Shown here: piece by piece, positions 38,836 to 53,600 of the stretch
Layout: each line of letters begins with the position of its first letter
Numbering within the stretch: position 1 is the first letter of the stretch
Source of the DNA: Octopus bimaculoides
Lineage: Eukaryota
Direction of reading: 5' to 3'
DNA: 64,000 nucleotides
NCBI RefSeq assembly: GCF_001194135.2
Contig: NC_068981.1
Location: 143,508,621 to 143,572,620, forward strand
Translations under genes and position numbers: made by a program
Notes under the pieces: generated by a model
What the model was told of the DNA's origin: nothing
What the model saw: only the letters and a program-made list of their open reading frames with translations
Database searches by the model: none

Positions 38836-39639
38836 AAGCGATTAATGAGTTAATAAGTTCATAGGAAATCATTAAATCTAACAGCAAATATCCAGACATG
38901 TAGCTTGATGTAAAATAAAACCAATCATCAGTCAAAAATACCTCATTTAGATATAAATCAATATTTAGTGTCAAGAGATAGTAAATATTTAAATCTTGCA
39001 TATATGAATTAGAAAGACAATCACAGAAAAAAACATAAATATATATGTATACAAATATATGCATTCAAAAATATACACCAATATATCTTCTTAGCATTAT
39101 ATTCGATGTTTTTCGACAATTTACAAAGATTAAAAATAAAATTAGGACTATTTATAAACGCTTTCGAAAAATTATCTATATCTATATGAAAAAATCTATT
39201 AGAAAGTTGATAAGCCAAACTTCAGGCGAGTACAAAGATAAACACTCATATATACTAACATTTTAAAGTATTGTATGTATGTCTGATTGAGTATCAGCAA
39301 GTGCATTTCTATGTGTGCTTCTGCGCCTATAGTTATGTATATGGAATATTTTAATGCATGTACATGCTCACACACACACATACACTCGCACACATACACA
39401 CACACGCACGCACAGACACACACACACACACACACACATACACACACACACACACGTGAGTGTGTGTACACGTAGTGGGGGAGCTATGTCGGTCGAATGA
39501 GAGAAATGTGCTAAATACATGTTACAGAAGAAATGCCTTTATTGTAACTGAAAATCTTTTTCGCATCTCGAGATTTTCGTCACTGCGATCTCCTTGATGA
39601 TCACATTGGATTGCAACTCGAGGAGTTGAGAGGCAAAGT

Positions 39640-40850
39640 TGACAGAACTATTGAAGCCATGGAATTGTGGCTGGATAGTTATACAAGTGAACACACCTAA
39701 ACGCATAAAAATCAATTTATATTAGATGAAGTAAAGTATGTTGTAGAAATTTATTACTTTAGGCTCAGAGTTAGCCTTTTTTGACAGAAATCTAGGACTG
39801 CGATAGAGACGAAAACAGTCCCCAACTTTGTAAATCTAGTTATGGAAAAGCTAGTTATCGACTACTTCGATATCACATTAGACTAAAAGGAAACACTAGA
39901 CAAATATGGAAACTCTTTCTACATATACGTACAAGAAAACTGTGTTTCTGTTTTGGGATTGAAATCGCAGAGAAGCTAAAGGAATTTGAAGGACACTTCA
40001 ACTGAATTAATGAAAATATTCAATTCTCCAATGAATATAGCAATAAGCAACTCCCAATTTTTTATATCTTCATCAACAAATATGTCACCAAATAGAAACT
40101 ATTTACTTTAAACATAGGAATCCAAACATTTTATGCCCATCAAATATATCTGAATGTATGGCATTTATAACCTAGTCAAAAGGATTAGCACAATAGTATC
40201 TGATGCAAACATTTGTGATATAAGACACCAAGAACTGGAGGATGCACTCAAAGGAATTACCCACCAAAATTCAGTACCCGGGAAATTCAAAAAATACAAA
40301 AAAGCAACGAATACTGACTATCCTACCATACATCACCCACTACAACCTCCAAAGTAATGAGGCCTTCAACATCATAATCCATAGCATACTATTAATGTAA
40401 AAGGATATCATTATGGACCAAATTCTCCACAGACATAACTTCATAAAGAGTAAAAGATGCCCAACTAAAAGAAAAAAATCTAACAAAGGCCAAACTTTAA
40501 AATTCCAGCAGTAAATAAATGCGGAAGACACAACTATGATTCATATATTAATGTAATAGAAGAATCAGAAATCTGTTTCAAAAAGGAACAATTCTTTACA
40601 ATGAAACGTAGTTTTGCCTGTGCATCTGAAAACTTAATCTATACAATAACATCCTTAGGTTTTGGGGAGCATTACATGGGCAAACGAAAATACCTTATAT
40701 CAACGCATGACCTTACATAGCGCACAAATTAAAATAAGCGAATACAGACAAATATGATTCAGCGAACATATAACCATAAGTGTAGGCGAGAAATAAACCA
40801 TCTTTGTGACTTTCCTTTCTATAAATTTTAATGATAATTAAACTCAACGC
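39640..40850 (+). mobile_element. Decayed Penelope-like element, RT plus GIY-YIG endonuclease
   Basis: IEAMELWLD..QFILDEVKYVVE..GTAIETK (PLE RT), INENIQFSNEYSNKQLP, YNLVKRISTIVSD..RHQEL (ORF 40154), then CASENLIYTIT..GEHY..FPFYK (GIY-YIG). Confidence 0.8.
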
Positions 40851-41137
40851 CAACGCGTCCACAGACACACGTTCTTCGTATCAAACTACTAACCACGCCT
40901 GAATTCTTGTTGCAACCACCATCAAAGATACTGTAACCTTTTAGGAGCTACGGTGGCGACGATGTACAATTTTTTTTTTCTGTTTTCCATGATAAAGTTG
41001 TCTAAGCAATTTCTTTCCTGTATTTTTTGCCATACACACATACACCTACATATAAAAATATATATTTACATTAATATAGATATACACATATATTAATATG
41101 AATATACACATATGTGTGTGTGTATATATATATATAT

Positions 41138-41186
<49 letters not shown>

Positions 41187-41655
41187 NNNNNNNNNNNNNN
41201 NNNNNNNNNNNNNNNNNNNNNNNNNNNNNNNNNNNNNNNNNNNNNNNNNNNNNNNNNNNNNNNNNNNNNNNNNNNNNNNNNNNNNNNNNNNNNNNNNNNN
41301 NNNNNNNNNNNNNNNNNNNNNNNNNNNNNNNNNNNNNNNNNNNNNNNNNNNNNNNNNNNNNNNNNNNNNNNNNNNNNNNNNNNNNNNNNNNNNNNNNNNN
41401 NNNNNNNNNNNNNNNNNNNNNNNNNNNNNNNNNNNNNNNNNNNNNNNNNNNNNNNNNNNNNNNNNNNNNNNNNNNNNNNNNNNNNNNNNNNNNNNNNNNN
41501 NNNNNNNNNNNNNNNNNNNNNNNNNNNNNNNNNNNNNNNNNNNNNNNNNNNNNNNNNNNNNNNNNNNNNNNNNNNNNNNNNNNNNNNNNNNNNNNNNNNN
41601 NNNNNNNNNNNNNNNNNNNNNNNNNNNNNNNNNNNNNNNNNNNNNNNNNNNNNNN

Positions 41656-41686
<31 letters not shown>

Positions 41687-42439
41687 TGCACACACATATA
41701 CATCTAAATATATAACACTCAGAAACTCACGCTGTATCCGGCGCTACATAGCTACACTGAGAAACTGACAAAAACTGCAATTTTTACCTAACTGTAGTTA
41801 ACTTGCTGACAACACACGTAGGAGATACTATAAATTAAAGTAAATAACATTTTCGAATTCTCTAAGAATAGATTTATCCACTCAAAACAAGTATTGTCCA
41901 TCTTCACACACACACACACAAGTACACGCGTACGCGCTCGCGCACACACACACACTCACACACACACACAGAAAGGCATCACGCAAACACACATAGACTT
42001 GCTAGATCATTAGAACTAGTCGATAGTGTACAAAAGAACTCTGCCGTTACGTGGAAGGTGATTATAGTATTAGTAGATGTGCGTTATGCGTCTTCGAAAT
42101 ATTCAATTCTCAAAAAAACTATGAGAATAAATTTATGTGATTGTACTTCCGGCTCGATGTAGAATCCAAATTTCCTTCAAATCACAGCCTGTTTTCGTTT
42201 AAAATGAAGAACATACTATGTAGATAATCTAAGTCTAGATGATAAAATCACAGTTGGACTGCTCAGTCAGAGTTGGTACGAGTTTCAATAACTACAAAAA
42301 GGTATACCTCGCTCTCGGGGCTAACAAAAGCATTGTTGCTTTTTTTTTCTCAGGTTAGCCCTGACAGTGCAGAATTTGATTCCAGCCATATCCTTCGTGT
42401 TTATTTTACTTTATTGAACGATGAGTATGAGATGCGTTC

Positions 42440-42740
42440 AAATCGTGTACTTCTTTTTTAATTTTGCTCATCGCAACATTGCCGCGAGCTTACTGAAACG
42501 TTACGTGGCTTGAGCTTGAATATCAACAAATTTTAGGTAAAACTTGATGCGCACTGTACGTCTGTACTCTGGGCGAAACGGCCGAGAACTGAAAGGGCCT
42601 ACCGACGCGAAAACTGTCATGCAAGCGCAGCAGGGGTGGTGTTACCTGCCACTCAAAGCAGTTTGCCTACGACACATCAGTTTTGGCGAGAAAAAATAAG
42701 TTGTATGCATCTTGAACGCCTCTCAGATCTATTCCATCTC
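42440..42740 (-). mobile_element. Mariner 5' fragment
   Basis: Minus-strand VRIKFYLKFVDIQAQAT*RF resembles the mariner N-terminus CIKFCQKLGDTQxETIRK; GC-richer leader upstream. Confidence 0.5.
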
Positions 42741-43519
42741 AATCACAGATTTTTTAATTAAGTTTTTTAACTAAACAGTTCAAAACTTCGAATATCGTTG
42801 AGAGACTAATATCCACAGATAACATCACTTATGGACGGACTTGCAGTGTTTAAAATCACAATATATACAATATGTATCGGAGGGAGACGAAATTTGTCCC
42901 GACAACGTCTAGCGAGAACCGCAAATACATTTCGACCTCGTTGGGTCTTATCACTGGCTTGTAACCCACAGCAAGTCACATGCTTAGACGCGATTTCTGG
43001 TATTCTTGTGAGTACACTTCATTAATAAAGCCCAAGAAGAGAGAACTGTATCTGGTGTTCTCACCAGACGCAACTGGAAGAATGTTCAAAACCCTATACC
43101 CGGTACATATTTTGTTTTTCAACACAGCACATCCATAAGAAATGTTACCTCTGAACGAATACCGCAGTAAATTTGCCATTCAACGACCTATTTACATTAA
43201 ATATGATATATAATTGCCTACACAATCAATAGCTCATTAGATTCATTCAAACTATAGTGTGTACGTGGCTTTACAAGCTGTTCATATTTATATTGTGCCA
43301 CATGCCACCACTAATTCAATACATGCTTGATCATGACAAATTCCATCCAGCATAATTTCACCACACGCCCGCTTTCGAAACGATATTACTAAGATAAGCT
43401 CACCTAATGTGTTATATTCATAAAGAAGAAAAGCGTTATTTGACGGAGGTTTAGCGTCTATTTCTAACAGATCAAACAACTAGGTACAAGTTGGAAACAT
43501 ACACGCTTGCATTAATTCT

Positions 43520-43955
43520 GTTTCTTAACATGCTTCAATCATTGAGCTGCGGCCATTCTGGGGCATCACCTTGAAGTGTTTAGTCGATTACATCACCACA
43601 CTGCTTGTTTTCAACTCTCGTACTTATTTTATCTTTTTGTCATTTTTGCCGAACCGCTAGGTTAATGGAATGCAAACTGACCTATAGAGACAATGATGAG
43701 CGAACCCATATTTCAACTATACATACACACATACACAAATACACAGAGACACACATAGACACACAAACACACATGGACAGTCACACACACGCACGTACAT
43801 ATATATATATATACACACGTTGGGCATCTGTGCTGCTTCCTCACAAAGAACTGGACTGACCCGAGAAGCATAGAAAACGCTTGACTCAGCTGTCGGCCTC
43901 TGTGTATGCGAAAATGCAAGATCATGTGATTGTTCAAAGTCTTCTAAAACACACT
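43520..43955 (-). mobile_element. Degraded SINE family A
   Basis: GCTGCGGCCATTCTGGGGCATCACCTTGAAG..TTTTGCCGAACCGCTAGG tail region; head degenerate. Confidence 0.7.
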
Positions 43956-44598
43956 TTATGTGCGTATCTTTTTAACAAAATATTATTGTCAATACCAGTT
44001 GATTCGTCATTGGCGATCTTTACCTAGCAGCAACTATTTCCTGCACAGAGAAGGGCGATAATCTAATATAGGACATAATCTGCTTCAAAGCGAACATTGC
44101 ATTCACTGCAGTAAACCTAATAATTTACTACCTTGTAATAAGGGAATAAAAATAAAATCACTGGCAACCAAGCAGAAAATAATCCATTATTATATCGAAT
44201 CACTGTTGTAGCATTTGCGAATATTATAATAGTTGCTTCTGTATTGTCATAATACAAAACTGCATAGACGTGCACGCCTATAAATATAGACACATCCACG
44301 ATCAAGTACAGATGTGTATTCGGTTATAATATGTATGTGTATGCATGTAAATATACATATGTAGATGCAAGCATACACATATACATATATAGGTATATAC
44401 GTACATATATATTTATACATATGTGTGTTGGTCCGTGTGTGTGCGTGTGCGTATGTGTGTGTTTGTGGGAGTGCGTGTATATCCATTTATCTATCTATCG
44501 ATATAATCGTATATTTATATATGATTAGATAGATAGATTGATAGATAGATAGATAGGTAGATAGATAGATAGATAGATAGGTAGATAGATAGATAGAT

Positions 44599-44665
<67 letters not shown>

Positions 44666-45088
44666 TACACACACCTACATGCACACACACGCACACATTC
44701 ACACACACACACACACATACCACGAAATGTAGTTAGGTACTAAGTAGATGAGAACGGCTTAGAATAAAGACTTTTTGCTATAGGCATTGACAATTCTCTG
44801 TAGGAACTTATTTATTTTCCCTCGATTTTCTAACATTTATAAATATCCCTCACTGATCATAAATAAGTATATTAAGGTTTCTGGACCAAATATACAGAAC
44901 TACTATAGATTGCTGGCAGAAGAGAAAAAAAGATCTCGGAAAGAAATTTTACTTGAAATCACGAATACGGTAATTGGTACAGTAATACATGTGTGTGTGT
45001 GATGGGGTGTATTGATAGAAAGATAAAAAGATAGATAAATATGCGCCCAAACACATACACTTACACACACACATACACACACACACAA

Positions 45089-45119
<31 letters not shown>

Positions 45120-45489
45120 CACACACACACACTCACTTACCTGGAGTAGGATAGCTCTTGTGTTTGCCACTGCCTTACACAGGCTTATAGAATAGGCCCA
45201 AAAGTGCCCTCGCCATATAAGTGTTACTCGGGTCGTACATTTTTTATATGAGCAATCTGCCCTCTGTCGCTGTCTTACGCACACACAGGCTATGCTAATT
45301 TTCTCATACATTCTCAAACAAACAATGAATCGAAAATAAATCGAAAATTATATGTTCACTTACAAACAATTACGGTCGTTTTTACCTTTTACAACTAAGT
45401 TCTTCAACAACAAAATTCTCAACACCGCATTGCATTCACATAATTTGACACGTAAAGATCTAAACATCTCACCAAAATTTCTTTTTAAA

Positions 45490-45875
45490 AAGACATAGTT
45501 GTGTAGGTAAGAAGCTTGATTTGCAACCACATGGTTTCGGGTTCATTTCCACTGCGTGACGCTCCGGTGTTTTCTTCAACAGGCCCACCTTCAGAGTGAA
45601 TGTTAAACGAAAACTGAAAACTGTGTGGCAGTTGTCGTATATACCTATCTGTTTGTCTGTCTATCAGTCTCCTCATCCACAGCTTAACCACCGGTGTTGG
45701 TTATATTTTCGTTCCCGTAGCGTAGTGGTTCAGCAAAAGAAGCGAGTACAATAAGCATATTTCTTAAAAATAGGTTCTGATGTCGATCTATTGGATTAAA
45801 GTGCTTCAAGGTGATACTCCATCTTGGCCACAGTCCAAAGACAGAAGCTGGTAAAAGATAAAAGATAAAAGAAAT
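45490..45875 (+). mobile_element. SINE family A, diverged
   Basis: GGTAAGAAGCTTG..CCACATGGTTTCGGGTTCATTTCCACTGCGTG head; AAAGAT tail repeats. Confidence 0.8.
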
Positions 45876-46488
45876 CAGTCAATAAATACGACACTTCACA
45901 AATATTCTTCTCTCACATGATGTTGAAAGAGTCAAATATTTCTTGTAAACTAAACTGGTCAGTGAGTGATGTTCATACATTGGTCGATGACTGGTTCGGT
46001 GTCTCCGAACCAGTTGAGACACATATATCTCATTTCAATGACATTGCAGACAAAATTCACCCACTTTTTAATAATCGATCAAAACGAAGTGAAAACAATC
46101 TACAGCAAATTTCTAAAGCTTTCTCTCATTAAAGGAGAAAAAAAAACAACAACAGAAAACAAATAAAAACTCCTTTCAGTAATTTATTTGCCTAGTCAAC
46201 AACAAAACGAAGAGCATCAACAACAATGAACAACAAAACCATCTTCTACTCAGCTCTGACGTTCGTGACCCCGTGGCTGTCTATCTCGTCATTACTATAA
46301 TAGCACACTCTATTGACTCCGGTAACCGAACCTGTTTATCCATCCGCATCGTCGTCGTTAACATCGTTACTGTTGTTGTCTCCGCCATCATCATCATGTT
46401 CTACTGAAACTACCGTCGCTAACAATACATCTTCTTCGCCATCTTAATCCAATATTGCCTCAGCTTCACTAAAACTAACTACCTAGTG

Positions 46489-46719
46489 CAGTGGTTCTCT
46501 ACTGGGGTCCATATAAGATTTTTAGGGGTCCATGCATCAAAATAGTAAATTCAGGATCGGTAATAGGATTTTAAGTGCCCCTGAAAATATGTTGCTAGGA
46601 TTTTTGAAAGAAGCTTCAATAAAACTAGATTTTAAACATTGAATGACAATAGGGTTCCTCCAGAAAAAAAAAAAAATCAAAGAGGTCCATAGATTTAAAA
46701 AATGGTTGAGAACCCCCTG
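46489..46719. mobile_element. hAT (Charlie-type) MITE
   Basis: CAGTGGTTCTC left TIR, GTTGAGAACCCCCTG right TIR; flanks ACCTAGTG / ATCTCATG (5/8). Confidence 0.7.
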
Positions 46720-47182
46720 ATCTCATGAAAGAGCTATAATATTATCTCCAAACCACAATCCAACCTTCCTCCTTACCGGGCAACAACTATTCCTAAGTCA
46801 AGCATCTCAGGAACATCCTGAGACACACAATTACTTAACACTAAAACCCTTCAAGGCGGTGCCCCAGCAAAAGCTGAAACAAATAAAATAATAAAAGAAT
46901 GAATGTATAAACTAATGACATGAAGCCCTACAACTACAGAGGCACCATCCCTTGCTACAGCAATGCTGGTCCAATTCATTTCCACAAGTCTAAAACATGA
47001 AATACTCAGGGAAACAATCATTACCAAATCAGACGGTGCAACTGCAGCTACAGCTCCTCCAGACACCAGCTGTAAATTATCCAAGAATAACCTTTTATTT
47101 AGAGGAGAGGGACATGCTAAATCTAGAATGCGTGTAGTGTAATGTGTATTTGTACATACACAACATACATACTTGCATACAG

Positions 47183-47470
47183 AGTGAAGGCGCTGGGCTA
47201 ATTGGCTGGGGTATTCGGCTCAAGATAGTGAGGTCATGTCCTTGAGCAGAACACTCTATTTCACGTTGCTTCAGGTCACTCAGCTAACAGAAAATAGTAA
47301 TACCTGTATTTCGAAGGGTTCTGTGAAACGCTTCTCTTTCTGAGAACTACGATATGGTTACACATATCTGTGGGATACTCAGATAATTGCACTTTAATTT
47401 CATGAACAGGCTGTTCCGTTGATTGGATCAACTGGAAACCTCGTCGTTGTAACGGACGAAGTGCCAGTTA
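47183..47470 (+). mobile_element. SINE family C
   Basis: CCTTGAGCAGAACACTCTATTTCACGTTGC core; tail GCTGTTCCGTTGATTGGATCAACTGGAAACCTCGTCGTTGTAACGGACGAAGTGCC, homologous to 62065-62315. Confidence 0.85.
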
Positions 47471-48469
47471 CTTGCATACACAATACATAAATAGTAAGGA
47501 AACGTATACAGTGTGTATTAAAGTGGAATGCACACACACTGCACGAGTACAAGATTATTCCCTACATACACATACTAAGAATCACATTCATTTATATTCT
47601 CAATTCTCGATATCTCTTTTGGTTCAAACAAAATAGCCTTACCACTTTTTCTGCCGGCTTTAATTCTGTGAATAAGAAAAGAAAAATCATACATACGTGC
47701 GTGAGCGACTGTGTATGCGTGCCTGTGTTACTGTTGCTTACATATAAATGTGTGATGGGATGCAAGCATCGCAATTTTTGTATATTTCTAATTTACTTTA
47801 GAAGAACGAGCCACTCCCTTGGGTACATCAATCATTCCTTGATTAAGCGCATCATCACGCATGCACATTTTTGAGCATGAATTCGTACTTGTAGACATGT
47901 GGAGGAGTGCATTCTGGTTACCTGAAGCAGGTAAAATCTAGAGACATCAAAGAACCCTCTTCCAAGAATTGCACTTCCTCTTTTTCTGAAACAGAATTAA
48001 TTCTTACTCTGCACACATGTATATGCGTGCCAATAAAACATATGCCTCAAACCATCTCAACAGATGTTATGGAAGCGTGCATCCTAAAAAAAATAGATTT
48101 CGTTTATACATTTTTATTTTTAGCTTTTTATGAACCAGACGGAAATTTCATTTCTGGTGAATGAAAGAATCCTCAAGGAAATTCTGGCTAATAAAAATTT
48201 GCCAGAATGCAATGCAATTAATTAATAGATGTTCAAAAGACCTCCCTTGGCTGAATCGTTAAATACCTTTTATCGCTGATATGCACAAACACATACACAC
48301 TTACACACGTGTACACATACAATCGCACATGCACAACACACGTGCAGCGCGTACAGCGGCACAAAAGATATAAAGGCGCAAAAACAAATCACGCTTAAAG
48401 TCATTAAGATACATGCACAATCATATAAACAGCACACACACACTCACAAACAGGGATTCCCAGATTCAG

Positions 48470-48540
<71 letters not shown>

Positions 48541-48999
48541 GATACATGGATAGATAGATAGATAATTTGCTTGCTAGCTAACTAGCTATATATATCAATA
48601 TCTATCTATCTATCTATCTGCGCATATATATATATANNNNNNNNNNNNNNNNNNNNNNNNNNNNNNNNNNNNNNNNNNNNNNNNNNNNNNNNNNNNNNNN
48701 NNNNNNNNNNNNNNNNNNNNNNNNNNNNNNNNNNNNNNNNNNNNNNNNNNNNNNNNNNNNNNNNNNNNNNNNNNNNNNNNNNNNNNNNNNNNNNNNNNNN
48801 NNNNNNNNNNNNNNNNNNNNNNNNNNNNNNNNNNNNNNNNNNNNNNNNNNNNNNNNNNNNNNNNNNNNNNNNNNNNNNNNNNNNNNNNNNNNNNNNNNNN
48901 NNNNNNNNNNNNNNNNNNNNNNNNNNNNNNNNNNNNNNNNNNNNNNNNNTATATATATATACATATATATACACCTACATGTGTGTACGATTATGCGTT

Positions 49000-49230
49000 A
49001 CTAGTGGTTATGATTTAGAGCACATTATCGGGAAGCTGCGGGTTCGATTAGTAGATCTGAAGCGGCTTTTTGTTCTTGAGAAAATTTCATGTACATCGAG
49101 CTTACTCAACTGAAAATGATCAATAGCCTCCTCATTCATCCCACTACCACATCTTCGACGTTTCTGTGGGTAAGTAGCGAGAGGGCAGAAAGTGAGTCCA
49201 TGTCGATCCGTCGCTATATAGACACATAAA
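49000..49230 (+). mobile_element. Degraded tRNA-derived SINE
   Basis: TAGTGGTT A-box remnant, GGGTTCGATT B-box, TTCTTGAG core. Confidence 0.5.
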
Positions 49231-49414
49231 AAGAATTAGAGAGAGTGTGGTAGAAGCTCCCAGGCTATTGTTGCTCGAGACTGACGGTTAAGCGCGCTTA
49301 TTATAAAGGTATATATATGTGTATGTACATTGTATACGCTAATGTAAACTTACATATATGCGTGTCTCTCTGTTTATGTGTATATATATGTGTATGTGTA
49401 TGTATGTATATATC

Positions 49415-49810
49415 TCTGTTTACTTATTTCTGTCATTTGACTGCGGCCATGCAGGAGCACCATCTTTAATCTAGCAAATCGACCCCAGGACTTATTTTTT
49501 GTAAGCCAACTACTTATTCTATCGGTCCCATTTGCCTAACCGCTAAGTTACCGGGACGTAAACACACCAGCATCGGTTGTCAAGCGATGCTGGGAGGACA
49601 AACACAGAAACAGACAACACACACGCACATATATATATATATATATATACGACGGGCTTCTTTCAGTTTCCGTCTACCAAATACACTCACAAGGTTTTGG
49701 TCGACCCGAGGCTATAGTAGAAGACACTTGACCAAGTTGCTACGCAATGGGACTGAACCCGTAACCATGTGGTTGGTAAGCAAGCTACTTACCATACATC
49801 CACTCCTGTG
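49415..49810 (-). mobile_element. SINE family A
   Basis: Closely matches 7566-7986 along its length. Confidence 0.92.
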
Positions 49811-50164
49811 TGTATATAAACACACACACACATACATATCATATATACATATGATATAGTTATAAAAAATCCTTAAGAGTCGAGGCATATCAGAAAATGG
49901 CTAGGTATAAAGACATAGAGCTCACTATCAAATGGAACAGTAGTGTAGGTTTCAAACGCTGGCAGAATATCACAAATATGTAAGTACTAGCCCAAGAAAA
50001 GTTGGCTTTGTCCAGATCGACTGTTTAATATCTGACCTCTTCTAACGTTTACATAGTCTGGTGATGGAGATTTGTATATTATGACTACATTAAATAAAAT
50101 TCTACCGAAACAGCTGAAGTAAATTTAAAACGCCGTTCCTGGTTACTACAATGCATACATAGTT

Positions 50165-50204
<40 letters not shown>

Positions 50205-51981
50205 CTGGAAGGTTTGGTGGTGATGTACAGGAATTATATATTAGAAAAAATAAGGTATTCAGATATCTGGACGGTTGTACGTTTACAGATTTTTATTATG
50301 TCACATGTTTTATAAATATTAGCGCTTGCACCTATTCTTGTAGGTTCTTCAGATATGCTTTCACTTCAGAGTATCTGTCTCTTTTTATAGTATTATTGAA
50401 TGTGTAGGGGTGGCGAGAGATATATAGGATAACCCTCTTTTACTATCCTATACGTGTTCATAAAGTTCTAGGCGAATTTGACTACTACACAAGGGATTGT
50501 TGTGATGAGAATCTATGGAAAATACATTTGTATATATTGCTTTTCTTTTTCAATATGAAATATCATTTTGCTTTTCAAGTGTCTTCTCGTACTTCTGTAT
50601 TTTAGCTCTAAATATGATTCTGTTACATTTATTTCATAGTTTGGTTATCAGATCTCACATAAAAATATTTCCATTCTAAATACAAGGTATTCATACATTT
50701 AATTACTGTAATGGCCCTTTTTCCGCTCGTTGATTTTATGTTTTAAACACATGATGCGACATGATTGCCTGTTATTTTGAAAGTAGATAATTAATACTGG
50801 AGTAATTTTGCATTTTATATTTTCACTACAAATTTCAGTACGCCAAGAAACGCTGTAAAATCTTTGACAATGGGAATCGAACTCATTTCTGTTCTTGATA
50901 TTTAGGCTGATCCTTAAATCATCGCCTCCCTCATAAGTGTCAGGTGAGATTTTATTAGTTAATATAAATTTAAAATCCTTGAGCAACGTCTTTTTACATT
51001 TCCGCTAATGATGGTAACAGGTTACCCTATATTCTATGAAAGCAATATCTGACTGTTGGATACGCTATCATATCCGATGAAGGTATAAAATATATAATGT
51101 ATACGTTTACAACGGTACTTTATTACACATAGTTTCATGGCCCCATCACCTAGCAGTATCAGAAATAGACGAAGTTGGGTAGACTGCTGCACGGAATCAA
51201 AAATCTTCTACTTAAAGTGAGATGACACAAATGCTTGACTAAAATGTTACTAGACACGACATATGTAGAAAATATTATCAAAGTATAAGTTAAAAGAAGC
51301 TCGAGAGATATAAACAATAAACAATATCGAACACACATACACAAGGTATTTGTTTTGTTAGTTTGTGTGTCGGATACGCTTAGAGGCGTAAAAGGAAAAT
51401 TCTAACGTTTACGTCTATTCCGGTTCTTATACCGGTGTACTTTGTAATGTGTCTCTTTCCTGCTTCGTAACCTAACGGTTTCACAAATACAAGCGCTAAA
51501 ACAAATGCCAGACACAAATATCATGAGGGATAATATGTTAGACTAAACCAATGAAGCTGGTGCCTTTGCAGAGTTGCAGTTCAACGATTGAAAGAGAGTA
51601 TAAAAAATATACGTTCTAACACCATTAAATTATTACTTCCTTCTTCTAGCTCCGCGTTTATCGGTAAACGATTTTCACTTTGTAGTATTCTTTCAAACTT
51701 CGTTGTTGTTTGTGCTATCGTTTAATACTATGAAAATATCTTTGGATTTTTCATGTTCGTTTGATGTCAGACGAGTATACATTGGTATAATTTTGTACAG
51801 CACGATAGCGTATGAAATTTCCTTAGTGAGCAAACATTACAGAAAAATCGAAAAGATAATCGTATTAAGTAAAATTATATTTAGGTATATCTGCAATATA
51901 TTTCAGTGTTAGTATCATAATAAAGGCGCATTATACATACATACATATGCACATATATTTTTGTATAAGTACGTCTGCGTG

Positions 51982-52071
<90 letters not shown>

Positions 52072-52599
52072 GTATATGTATATAAACATCAATGTTTGTG
52101 TGTATATATATATATAATGACTATACACACGTACATACGCACACACATACACACACTAGTGAGAATGTTGGAAATGATAGAATCGATAGACCAACGGTTA
52201 AAACGCTTTACATATTTCTTCTGCTAGTTCTGCGTTCAAACCCCGTCGAAAAATTAAAGTGCTAGTTTTGCAGCGGGATGGAAGTAACCAATTAACCTTT
52301 AACACCTGTGCGTGCGTGTGTGTGCGTGCGTGTGTGCGCGTGCGTGTGTGTGGGCGTGTTTTTTTCTATATCTACATTTTCCAAATTTTTCCCTAATAGC
52401 CATCCTGTATTTAAAGGGTCTCATGATCCTGCAGGCTTTTGGAATATCTGTCAACAGCACAATCAGATTTTATTACCTGGCAGCAAATTCCTTTTCCCAT
52501 TTTCATCTATTAAAGGAAATGTATATCTAATTAAATATGTAATTAAATAAATTGCAACGTTTTCTTTTATTCATTGAATGGAATAATTTATGCCGCTTT

Positions 52600-53130
52600 A
52601 CTGATTACATATCCTGGATTTCAGGTTCAACGATTATCGGTTTGAAGCGGAGATCAAGTTCCGCATTTATCCCATTTATGTATTTGCATTTTATATGATA
52701 TAAAACATTTGGGAGAATGCCGCCTGACAAAAATATGTAGTTAGGGATGTCTTTAAATTTTCAGGATTTTGGATGTCCATTATTGGTACACATTTTTCAC
52801 ATTTAACCAAAAATTTCCTAAATTATATTGAATGAAACTAGATTTGGGTGTGGTGATACACAACAATTCAACAAAATTGTCTATATTTCAAGTTAAATGT
52901 TTAACAGATTTGACATTTACATTAATTGGTTTCCTAATCTAATTCTTATTGGTATCTGGAAAATGAAATTGGGCCAACAACAGTTCTTCAAATCTTTGGA
53001 AGAGTTGAATGAAAATATTTCACATTTCTAGAGGAAGGTCACCATCAGCCATTGAGGAAAGTCCCAGAGCGTCGGAAAGAATTCAAACGCAACCCAGCAG
53101 ATGATGGACCAATTTAATTTTCAAAGACGG
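52600..53130 (+). mobile_element. Possible decayed Tc1-like transposase C-terminus
   Basis: WFPNLILIGIWKMKL..KSLEELNENI weakly resembles WPPRSPDLxPxDFxLWG..LEELKENI. Confidence 0.3.
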
Positions 53131-53269
53131 AACGTCATTTAGGCTGAAATGTAGGTCATTAAAATGAGGAAAAAAATATCTGATATATGCTACATTAGAT
53201 AGGCACGAAAAGCTAAACCATGAGAACAATGTTTTATTCCTTTACGTATCCCGAATATGCGGGTAACTA

Positions 53270-53600
53270 GTCTACCTTGACGCAGACTTTAGAGTACAAT
53301 AAAACTTCTTTCTAGAAACAGCCTGTATCCTAACCCACTAAAGGCACGAGAATTTAAAGGATGAGCTGTCATAAAATTAGCGCTTTCCACTTTCTCTAAA
53401 ACCATCTTCAATTTTCTTGGCATGCTTCTTGCTACAATGCTTTTTAACATAATACAGCAACGAGTCTATTCGGTATTTGGTATTATACCTCGAATATTTG
53501 CCTTGAGTCCTCGTGTATTTTCCTAACATTACATGAGCCCAACAATACTGACTTCTATGTATCCCTCTACTTCGTTTTCGAGAATGAATATTCTCCATTT
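53270..53600 (-). mobile_element. hAT (Buster/Charlie) transposase fragment
   Basis: CCIMLKSIVARSMPRKLKMVLEKVESANFMTAHPLNSRAF matches the CxxH region HCxIHRQALAAKxMPxxLKxVLxxVVKIVNFIKARPLNSRLF. Confidence 0.6.

Noticed and set aside
47930-47993. Possible 64-nt minus-strand exon reading KEEVQFLEEGSLMSLDF, like a tyrosine-kinase alphaC helix, plus YGEGTFG near 45200 resembling a G-loop
   Set aside because: On the minus strand the two motifs are in the wrong order, the GEGTFG frame hits a stop at once, and no other kinase motifs were seen; probably chance
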